From: Tubiluchus corallicola
Lineage: Eukaryota > Animalia > Priapulida
Direction of reading: 5' to 3'
DNA: 64,000 nucleotides
Assembly (NCBI GenBank): GCA_030141605.1
Contig: JAQGDQ010002382.1
Location: 1 to 64,000 of the forward strand
In this document: positions 53,715 through 64,000 of the stretch, in pieces
How positions within the stretch are numbered: the first letter of the stretch is position 1
Layout of the letters: each line of letters starts with the position of its first letter
Notes under the pieces: generated by a model
Database searches by the model: none
Told to the model about the DNA's origin: nothing
What the model saw: only the letters and a program-made list of their open reading frames with translations
Translations under genes and position numbers: made by a program

Positions 53715-56046
53715 TTAATAACAATAACATCGTTGGCCACCTACTGGACGATGTAAAGTGTTATCATGGCGAATCGGACTCGTTGAATATCCATGCTGTC
53801 GGTATTTACTGGGATGGCCGTAGCTGTAATCGTCGTTAGCATATCCGCCATTGTGATAAGTTTTCGTTGATGGATAATCGTAGCCGTAGCCGTCGTAAGA
53901 ATGGCTTAATATTGGTCGAACTATGTCGTACTTGTATAACGTTTCTGGTTGATAATATTCATGGCCTTCCCTAGGACAAGAAGCAAAGCATTTAATTATG
54001 TTCATCGACTTGTTAATTAAACTATATTAACCCCGATGTATATACTCGGTGTAGCAATAGATGCATTTCAAAAAAAGAGTTAAAATTCAAGCGAGACCAC
54101 GTGACTAAAATACACATGCAATCGCTGCAGTTGGGTGTTTAAATAAACTTGTTATTCTTTATAGTAAAATATTTCGTTAAAATATTTTTATAGTAAAAGA
54201 GAAATAAAAAGCGGTTTCTACTGAAAAATTTTCGTATGTCTACGATTTAACTTCTAATAAAGTCATAACTTACTTTACTGATATTTTGGTAATTGGTTAA
54301 AAATATATTAACATAGCTTCTGTTTTAATAAATTTAATAATTTTACGAAGTGCACTGTAGTGACATCTATTAACGAATAAGTTAATTAATCAGTGTTCTG
54401 TGCCCACTGCGAACCTTACAAACTGGTTTTAGGCATGATTGCGTTATCCATCGTTAAACAAGAAATTTAATAATCACGATCAAGTGAATTTAAACAAGTG
54501 AACAGCTGTTTTAAAAGCAAACAAACTAAGTATGATTTCAGTAACACTTGATTTCAGACAATGTTGTTCATATAATTTGCCAGATAATTACTATCAAAAC
54601 AATTTGTTACTTTTTGGCGCTTGTTAAATTGCAAAACAATATAATAAGTTTCAGCCGTTTTGAATTATAACTTTAGTTTAGTTTTGTTTAGTTTTGTCTG
54701 TATGCTTACTTGTAATCGTAGTCGTAACCTCTAGATTTTGCTGAGGTCTCCTTCGCGTAGGATTTATCTTGACTAGTCAAAGTTCCGTGAGCCCGACCAG
54801 AGCGAGAAAATGAGGTTTCGCTACTTTTCTGCCCATCTCCTTCCAACTTGCCTTTGCTCACCGGTCCGTACGTTGTGGTGTGAAAATAAGTTTTTGGAGC
54901 TGGTGCTACTTTGTGATAGGCTGCTGTGTTGCCCTTATAGCCGTGTGGAACAGCACCTCCGGGAGCAAACGCCACATCGTTCCGGTACGATGGCCCACTG
55001 GCGCTTACCATGCTAAGTACAGCAACGGCTAGAACGGCAACAAGAATCGTATCCCTGCAACGAAAATTTGCATTAGCCTTGTGTTAAGTGCACAGGTAAG
55101 AAGTGTATCATCATCATGATCATCGCCGTCGTCTTCATCGTAGTTGCATTCATCATTCGTCATTATCATCATCAAAACAGCAGCAGCAGCAACAGCAATA
55201 GCAACAACGACAACAACAACAACAATTACTTCTACAACTACATTACTATTACTGCTACTGCTACTAAAACTACAACAATAATTACAACAACAGTAGCATG
55301 ATTAACAGTAACAACGACGGTAGCATCAGCAACAAGCAACATCAACATTATAACTACCCGGAACTGGTATTTGCCAGATGATAAAGTTCCCAACTCTTAC
55401 AAGCATGGGTCTAAATTCAACTTAAAATTTGAAACAAAAACTTTTGCAAAATTTAGATTTACAGTTTAAGAACGTGGTCCTAATTCTGAATTTTCGCATC
55501 TTTTTAACATGTTTATTTAAAAAATCAATTAATTGAATAAGCTTTGAAATCAGTAATGAGCATAAGTATCCACTTTTTTAAAGAAAATTGCACAAACGTG
55601 GATGTAAAAATACGTCAAAAGCTTGTTGTGCGCTTCAGTACTAAGTTCGCACTATAATTTGCAAATTTTACAAATAAATTTACATTTCATTATTAACAAG
55701 AAGATAATATTATTAGATAACATTATTGTAATCCTTTTATAGAATATTTCAATTACAAGCTGTTATTTCGATACTATTTTTGTAGTTTTAAACTTCAAAT
55801 CAAACGTTTGCACATTTTTTTTTAAATTGATTATTTATGCTGACTGCTGAATTGAGCAAATTAGACTAGACTGCTGATCAAAAATTTTAAACTTGCTAAT
55901 AAAAAACATTTTCAGAAAATGAATAGGACTCTGTGCATCGTTAATTTATAAAGCTAGCAACTAAATGACTTTTTACAGATTTATCAAAATCATTCAAACG
56001 TTTACATCAAGTTTTGAAATAAAAAAACAGTTACTCGCACTTACAT
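53715..56046 (-). CDS. Secreted Tyr/Gly/His-rich protein of unknown family (~200 aa)
   Basis: Split start codon caaaAT|gtaagt (56046-56045); exon 55054-54710 (MDTILVAVLAVAVLSMVSASG...RGYDYDYK) and exon 53970-53715 (EGHEYYQPET...YDGYGYDYP...QRCYCY*); all junctions GT-AG and phase 2 compatible. Confidence 0.8.
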
Positions 56047-56094
56047 TTTGAAGTTTTGCTCTCTGACCGTAGGCCTGCGATTGTGGAACAATTT

Positions 56095-56134
56095 GACAAC
56101 TGTGGCAGTCGGGAAAATGTGGAAAGCATTTATA
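56095..56134 (-). promoter_or_regulatory. TATA box and initiator-like element of the Tyr/Gly/His-rich gene
   Basis: Minus strand TATAAA (56134-56129) lies ~33 nt upstream of an Inr-like aCAGTT (~56101), itself ~55 nt before the split ATG. Confidence 0.6.
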
Positions 56135-57183
56135 GAGGCCAATTAGAAACGTCCTCCAAATGATAGCGGTCATGGCGTAAAAACTGGGTGCCAATTTCAG
56201 GAAAATGCACTAGTTTCTGGGCGGAAAATTACCATCGTTAGCGTATATACAGGATATTAAGCCCTACATTTATAGACAATAACGCTGTGTTAATGTTTAA
56301 AGGTTTCCAGCAAGAAACACGGGTTAGTTGTTCGTTTTTTTCTATTTTTATGTGTTAGGCAAACGTGGACACCAAAACTTTAGTATAAATTATCGAAACT
56401 TCAGTATAATGACGAATTGGTTTATGACAATTTATAAGTGACTCCTCAATTAGACATATTACGTACGTTGTGTTTCAGGAAATGATAATTCGTTGTATTT
56501 TCTAAAAAATAATCATATGTATCTGTAAACTTAATAAAGATTTAAATTGTTTATTACAGAAAAATATCCGTTTCATAGACAGATCATTGTATAACAAGTT
56601 TCAATAAATTTTTATTAGAAAAATGCAGTGTTTCTACTACATCATTTCCGGCCACCCGTCTTACTTGAATACACAGTTACTTTGCAAACCTTTCAATTAT
56701 TATGTCTTTTTTCGCTATATTACATCAACCCATATACATTTGTACCTCTAATGATATCGAAAAAGCAAAATATTTAATGACGACTACGTGTTTTAACAAG
56801 CTCGGTTATACGTGTTAGCAACTTGTGCAACTTAGCAACAACGAACATGATAGCAACTTTTTGACATTTGTTTTAAACTTACGAATTCTAATTAATATTA
56901 CTCTAATTAATAGCAGTTGTGAATTGAGTTCGATTCCTCCAATGTTCACTGTTTAAATAAGTACTTGACTGTGGTTACGTTGTGCTGATGCTTTGCTGCT
57001 GTTATTCACTATGAGATTTTGCAGTATTATTTGTTCACTTAACATGCTTCATTCAATAGGACTTTCTGGACAACCCAATGCCCATTCTTAAAAGTTACGT
57101 CTCTTTGCGGTGTAGAAGGTATTGGGTTCGACTCTTCAGTCCCTTATAAGCATCTCGTTGACAAAACTAATGTCTAATGTGTC

Positions 57184-57307
57184 TAGACATAGACATAGAC
57201 ATAGACATAGACATAGACATAGACATAGACATAGACATAGACATAGACATAGACATAGACATAGACATAGACATAGACATAGACATAGACATAGACATAG
57301 ACATAGA
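57184..57307. repeat. (GACATA)n hexanucleotide microsatellite
   Basis: Directly visible. Confidence 0.95.
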
Positions 57308-58264
57308 ACATTTATTTTCTCCAATTAGTTTAACATCAAACGTTTTTTAAATATTAAGTAATTATAATCATGGAGCAGGGCAGGGAAGGACCGTAGGGTC
57401 TTCTAGTCTCCTGCCATTTCTTATAAATAGATTAAGACATTAAAAATTAACGGTGATGCTGCAGATAACAAAAACAAAAACAAATAAGAAAAAAATAATA
57501 ATAAAAACAGTATAAATGATACAAATTATTCAAAAAGAACTGAAAACAAAAAATAATAAAGTTAGATCTAAACAAAACAATACAATTATTCAGTAATTAG
57601 GATTATTATATGTAGTAGTTTCAAATGGGGTCTTATTAACAGGGGAATTTGGCCAAGGTTAGTGAGTAAAGTTAAAAACTGAGAGTACGGAAAGAAAAAA
57701 ATAAGCATAAAAAGTGTAATATAGAAAAATTTATGAGAAAAAGTAACTATGAGAAAGAGCAACAATTACTTAGGAGATGAGTTTACTCTAGGTAAACTAA
57801 TGTGTGGAATTATAGTACTAGTTACAAATTAGTCAGTGCGTGCCCTTGAGATGTATGCAACTAAGCAGAGTAGGACTAAACCCAATAATTATTTGTAAAC
57901 CTGTAAATTGGTGAGCAAGCTTCGCAGTAAACCGTTTGCCGTAAAAATAGATGCGCATATTATGAACAATACCAAGTTTTAAATACGAATACAGAATTTG
58001 GAGATTCTAATGTGAATTAAACGAAAAATTCAAATTTTCAAAAAATATCTTTTATCCATTAAGTTAAATCATTACTGACTTTAAAAAACTGTTCGATACC
58101 TTTCTGACACTTTAAATCGTTTTCTCTTGATTGGAAGTTGAAGTGGTGAGAGCGAGTATCTGTGCACTATCCTGATTTTTTTGTATTTTTAATTTCAATG
58201 CCAAAAATGTTTGCTTGTTCATGTACATCATATCTATGTTAACTCGTCTTAAGAAACTGCTAAT

Positions 58265-58383
58265 GTCTACGGCCATATCACATTGAATACACCGGTTCTC
58301 GTCTGATCACCGAAGTTAAGCAATGTAGAGCGTGGTTAGTACTTGGATGGGGGACCGCCTAGGAATACCACGTGCTGTAGACT
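58265..58383 (+). rRNA. 5S rRNA
   Basis: 119 nt gtctacggccatatcac...ctcgtctgatcaccgaagttaagc...gttagtacttggatgggggaccgcctaggaatac...gctgtagact followed by an oligo-T Pol III terminator. Confidence 0.92.
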
Positions 58384-59087
58384 TTTTAGCTAGTGACTAT
58401 TAACTATCAAAGTGTGTGCACAACACGACCGTTTCATTTTGACAGTATTGTTTTTGATTTTTGGAAGTTGAAGTGGTGAAAATAAATGTCTGTCTCGACA
58501 TTATGTTGATTTTTTTTGCATTTTAATGTGAAAGACTATCTACTTGTTGCATTTCTCCAATATTATACAAAGTAAGGAAAAATGAAAATAAAACTAGAAA
58601 ATCAGCCACTGTCCTTCAAAAATGATTTTTGATTTTCATAAAAAATCAAAACAGATACTTTGTTACTACGTTCACCTTCATCTATCTATTATTTCTATAT
58701 TATCTGTCTATAACAAAATGCAGAAGTTAAGCAACCTCAAACCTGGTTTTGCGTTTGAATGGGTGACTGCCCGGTACTTACATTTTTCTAAATGATCAGG
58801 AAGGGTGATGACAAATGCTGTAAGATCTTTTTCACCACTCAAAAATGGATTTTTGTTCTGACAAATATTTTTAAATGAAGAATCTTTTTGCTTGTTCATG
58901 CTTGATCATTCCCATGTTTAATTATGTCATATCTAGAAGGTAATATACTTAAGCACGGTATTCAACCTCCCTGACATTTTATAATTTCATGTGATATTTC
59001 TGTTTATACTTTGCATTAAAATGCTAAAAAGGTTTACTTGTTCATGTACATCATTTCTATGTTAACTCATCTTAAGAAACTGTTAAT

Positions 59088-59206
59088 GTCTACTGCCATA
59101 TCACATTGAAAACACCGGTTCTCGTCTGATCACCGAAGTTAAGCAATGTAAAGCGTGGTTAGTACTTGGATGGGTGACCGCCTAGGAATACCACGTGCTG
59201 TAGACT
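59088..59206 (+). rRNA. 5S rRNA
   Basis: Second copy, 823 bp downstream, few SNPs, oligo-T terminator. Confidence 0.9.
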
Positions 59207-59972
59207 TTTTAGCTAGTGACTATTATCTATCGAAGTGTGTGCACAACACGACCGTTTCATTTTAACAGTATTGTTTTTGATTTTTGGAAGTCGAAGTGGT
59301 GGGAATAAGTGTCTGTCTCGACATTATGTTGATTTTTATTTGCTTTGCATTTTAATGTCTAAAACTATCTAGTAGTAGTAGTAGTAGTAGTAGTAAAATC
59401 TTTATTCGCCATTATAAAACATTGACCATCATATTAAAAGACAGACAATCAGTGTTAGTCCATATAAAAAACATACACTGTTCTAGGCAAATGCGTCTGG
59501 TGCAAGCTAAACTATAAGTGCAACTAGAAATTCAAAAAATAAAATATAAACTAGTTTAGTAAGGTCTAGGAAAAATGAAATTATGATTTGAGTAAGTATC
59601 ATCGTGTTCGTATGTCGGATAATGTCAAAAACTATCTATTTGCTACGTTTCTCGAATATTACACAATGTGAAGAAAAATGAAAATAAAACTAGAAAATCA
59701 GCCACTGCCCTTCAAAAATTATTTTTGATTTTCATAAAAAATCAAAACAGATACTTTGTTCCTACGTTCACCTTAATCTATCTATTATTTCTATATTATC
59801 TCTTTTCAACGAAATACAGAAGTTAAGCAACCTGGAACCTGGTTTGGTTTTGTGTTTGAATGGGTGACTGCCCTTGGCTTACATTTTTTTAAATGGACGG
59901 GAAGGGTTCTGACAAAAGCTGTAAAATCTTCTTCAACACTCAAAAATGGATTTTTGTTCTGACAGATATTTT

Positions 59973-62030
59973 TGTAAAACTATGTCACGAAGATTTTGCA
60001 TATTGTGTTTTTTTGTTCCACATGTGTGCGCCATTTTTGTTCCAGTGGCAAAATTCGATTTTATGCGTGATAAACAATTTACAGTTTTAAATAAATCTTT
60101 TTGTATTAAATAATTGGAACTTATCCGTGATTGTATTTATATTTTGGTACGGAACTGCCGGGAAAAGAGACCTTTAGATGAGTATGGCTGAGTGTGATAA
60201 AATTAAACACTCTAGAAGTAGATCCAAGGGTTGGGTGAAGACTGGCATAAAATTACTAAAAGAGGCGATGTCTAGTGAAACGCCTAACTTTGTGTTTGTT
60301 CAGCAAAAATTAGAGAACCTTGGAAAATATATTGCCACCTTTAATGAAACAGAAGTGTAGTTAGAAGATTATTTAGAAGGTGAAGAACTTGAACAAGCGA
60401 TTATAGAGGCAAGTGAATTAATCAACACAGCGGAATTAATTTCTGCTCAGGCACTAAGTTTGCTAAAACCAGATTCAAGACCATGTAGTCCTAGTGATTT
60501 CCAGCGACATGCAAGTGATAATGATTTTGTCTTGCGACGAGTGAATAACTGTGATTTAGCACGTAGTGAAAGTGCAGCGAATTTACCAACTAATAATGTA
60601 GTCGGTGCAGAAGTCACCAACATAAAACTACCTAAATTGCAACTGCCAACTTTCAGTGGTGACCCATTGAAGTTTTACGAATTTTGGGACATGTTCGTTG
60701 CCTCTGTGGATGCTAAACCTGTACCAGACGTTCATAAACTTGTTTACTTAAAGAGCTTACTTAAAGGTGAAGCTGCTCATGTGATAGATGGCCTGCAGCC
60801 TGTAGATGGCAATTATAAGGAAGCTGTTTCTTTGTTAAAGGAGAGATTTGGTGATAAAGACGCAATCGAGATGTCATTGTTAAAAAAACTGTGGCAGTTA
60901 AAGCCCATCACCGATTCGAAAAATATTGAAGCACAAGGAAGTTTTGTAGATGAGCTTGAAGTTGTTATAAGAGGCCTCAGTGCAATGGGACTTAGTACAG
61001 AAGAATTAGGTAAAACCCTAAAACCTCTCTTTCTAGCAAAAATTCCATATGCTTGGCGTGTTGAATGGGAGTGAATGAGAAGGCGTGAAGATGACAGCGT
61101 GAAGATGACACAACATGCTTTGAAAAATTTCGACAGTTCATGAAAAGCGAAGTTGATATTAGACGAAAGGCTGCTTCATATACTCGCCATAGAGAGTCTG
61201 GTGAATTTAGTCGTCGTGCTGGGTATAAGAATTTAGGTGTGAGGAGCACCCTAGATTCAGTTTCTCTTCTTCAGTCTAGTGATTTTTGTGGAAACACCAA
61301 AAATGCGCCTACAGCTTCAAAGAATTCCCATTGTTTATTTTGTGGCAGAGCTCAACATATGTGGCTTGATTGTGCGTCTCTTCCTACTAAGACTTTGCAA
61401 GAGCGAAAACAGAAGGTTGCTGAGCAGCACCGTTGTTTTTTGTGTCTTGGTTTAAACCACAGAGCTGATACTTGCCGTAAACCTCCATGCAACCGATGTA
61501 GTAAATGGCATCATTATTTATTGTGCAATTCAATTGCTGGCTGCTTCCAGGTGAGTCCTTATGTTAAAAGAGGTTCAAATACTTCTGATGCAAGTGTTGA
61601 TGTTCCATCAGTTCATTTACAGTCTTTTTGTACGAATGTTGTGTTCTTAATGACTGCGACTGCTGTTTTGGAAGATACCAAATCGTCAATTCCTATTCGT
61701 GTTTTTATAAATCCTGGTGCCACTACCTCTCTTATTTTGTGTGATGTTGCAGAGCGAGCAGGTTGCGAAATTATAGGCGAGCGTAATCTTTCGTTAGCTA
61801 TTATGGGTGGACTTAGCACACCGCAACAGAAATGCCACATTGTTCGTGCTAAACTTCGAACAAATACAGGAAAAATTGTGACCTTTAATGCCACCACCCA
61901 AGATAAACTAGTGAGACCCTTTCCGGCATGTTCTGAGGGTGATTGGTTAGGAGACTTAAAGGGCATGATCCTAGGTGACCCAGAGATTCTTTGTGGCAAT
62001 CCACGAGAAATTCATCTACTGGTTGGTATC
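59973..62030 (+). mobile_element. BEL/Pao LTR retrotransposon, 3'-truncated and degenerate (5' LTR, PBS, gag, protease)
   Basis: Putative LTR from TGT at 59973 to ~60141, PBS-like tggtacggaactgccggga at 60145; gag with IKLPKLQLPTFSGDPLKFYEFWDMF (DUF1759-type), three Cys/His knuckles (CLFC..H...C, CFLC..H...C, CNRC..HH..LC) and protease-like VFINPGATTSLI; in-frame stops at ~60358 and ~61072. Confidence 0.88.
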
Positions 62031-62371
62031 CCCCAAAGATGATTTTTGATTTTTATAAAAAAAAATCAAAACAGTTTACCTTGTTCTTGTGTTTCGCTTA
62101 ATCTATCCATTATTTCTACGTTATCTGTCTGTAACAAAATGCAGAAGTTGAGCAACCTCGAACCTGGTTTTGCGTTTGAATGGGTGACTGCCCAGGACTT
62201 GTAAATTATGTCATATTTAAAAGGCAATATACTTGAGCACGGTATTTCCACCTCCCTGATACTTTACAATTTCATGTGATATTTTTATTTATACTTTGCA
62301 TTACAATACTAGAAATATTTGCTGTTCATGTACATCATTTCTATGTTAACTCGTCTTAAGAAACTGCTAAT

Positions 62372-62490
62372 GTCTACGGCCATATCACATTGAATACACC
62401 GGTTCTCGTCTGATCACCGAAGTTAAGCAATGTAGAGCGTGGTTAGTACTTGGATGGGTGACCGCCTAGGAATACCACGTGCTGTAGTCT
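62372..62490 (+). rRNA. 5S rRNA
   Basis: Third full-length copy with oligo-T terminator. Confidence 0.9.
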
Positions 62491-63329
62491 TTTTAGTGAT
62501 TGACAATTATCTAGCGAAGTGTGTGCACAACACGAACACTTTAGATTGTCTTTGATTTTTGGAAGTTGAAGTGGTGGAAATAAATGTCTGTCTCGACCTT
62601 ACGTTGATTTTTATTTTTTTGCATTTTAATGTGAAAAACTATCTATTTGTTACGTTTCTCGAATGTTACACAAGGTAAGGAAAAATGAAAATAAACTAGA
62701 AAATCAGCCACTGCCCTTCAAAAATGATTTTTGATTTTCATAAAAAATCAAAACAGGTACTTTGTTATGCTTGGAAATCGTAGTAATCGTAGTATGCGTA
62801 GAAAATCAGCCACTGCCCTTCAAAACTGATTTTTGATTTTCATAAAAAATCAAAACAGGTACTTTGTTACTACGTTCACCGTAATCTATCTACTGTTTCT
62901 ATATTATCTCTTTTTAACGAAATGCAGAAGTTAAGCAACCTCGAACCTGGTTTGGTTTTGCGTTTGAATGGGTGACTGCCCGGCGACTGCTGATGCTGGT
63001 AACTTCTTAACTTGGTGCTTAGACTTTTTTAAATGGTCAGGAAGGGTGATGAAAAATGCTGTAAGATCTTCTTCACCACTCAAAAATGGATTTTTGTTCT
63101 GACAAATATTTTTAAATGAAGAATATTTTTGCTTGTTCATGCTTGATCATTCTCATGTTTAATTATGTCATATTTAGAAGGTAATATACTTGAGCTCGGT
63201 ATTTCAACCTCCCTGATACTTTATAATTTCATGTTATATTTTTATTTATACTTTGCATTACAATACTAAAAAGGTTTGCTTGTTCATGTACATCATTTCT
63301 ATGTTAACTCGTCTTAAGAAACTCCTAAT

Positions 63330-63394
63330 GTCTACGGCCATATCACATTGAATACACCAGTAATCGTCTGATCACCGAAGTTAAGCAATGTAGA
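63330..63394 (+). pseudogene. Truncated 5S rRNA (5' half only)
   Basis: Matches 5S up to gaagttaagcaatgtaga, then runs into the 17-bp satellite. Confidence 0.85.
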
Positions 63395-64000
63395 CTATTG
63401 TCTACAGTGCACTCTTGTCTACAGTGCACTCTTGTCTACTGTGCACTATTGTCTACAGTGCACCCTTGTCTACAGTGTACTCTTGTCTACAGTGCACTAT
63501 TGTCTACAGTGCACTATTGTCTACAGTGCACTCTTGTCTACTGTGCACTCTTGTCTACTGTGCACTATTGTCTACAGTGCACTATTGTCTACTGTGCACT
63601 ATTGTCTACAGTGCACTCTTGTCTACTGTGCACTCTTGTCTACTGTGCACTATTGTCTACTGTGCACTATTGTCTACTGTGCACTATTGTCTACAGTGCA
63701 CTCTTGTCTACTGTGCACTCTTGTCTACTGTGCACTATTGTCTACTGTGCACTATTGTCTACAGTGAACTCTTGTCTACTGTGCACTATTGTCTACAGTG
63801 CACTCTTGTCTACTGTGCACTCTTGTCTACTGTGCACTATTGTCTACTGTGCACTATTGTCTACAGTGAACTCTTGTCTACTGTGCACTATTGTCTACCG
63901 TGCACTATTGTCTACCATGCACTATTGTCTACTGTGCACTATTGTCTACTGTGCACTCTTGTCTACAGTGAACTCTTGTCTACTGTGCACTATTGTCTAC
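63395..64000. repeat. 17-bp satellite, ~35 copies, running to the window end
   Basis: Unit t(a/c)ttgtctac(a/t)gtgcac. Confidence 0.95.

Overview
AT-rich eukaryotic (most likely invertebrate animal) genomic DNA with spliced genes, many minisatellites and transposon remnants; no prokaryotic features. Host genes: a possible minus-strand secreted-protein gene (two phase-compatible exons), a single-pass LRR receptor, a 12-exon PLEKHG7-like RhoGEF (5' end not found), an 8-exon GH18 chitinase-family gene with ~41 His-rich 14-aa repeats and a CBM14 domain, a convergent Tyr/Gly/His-rich secreted protein, and a small 5S rDNA array interrupted by a BEL/Pao retrotransposon. Standout observations: (1) a 4.8-kb near-palindromic element (17179-21991) with Polinton/Maverick-type AGTAG...CTACT termini whose two ~2.2-kb arms each carry an intronless, divergent TATA-binding-protein (TBP)-like gene and a nuclease-like ORF but no replication, integration or capsid genes; (2) a LINE insertion in the LRR gene whose 16-bp target-site duplication contains AG|GT, so it can be spliced out exactly as a new intron; (3) the His-rich chitinase plus its neighbour, a candidate chitin-based hard-tissue module. 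All family assignments are by eye from motifs; no database searches were run.
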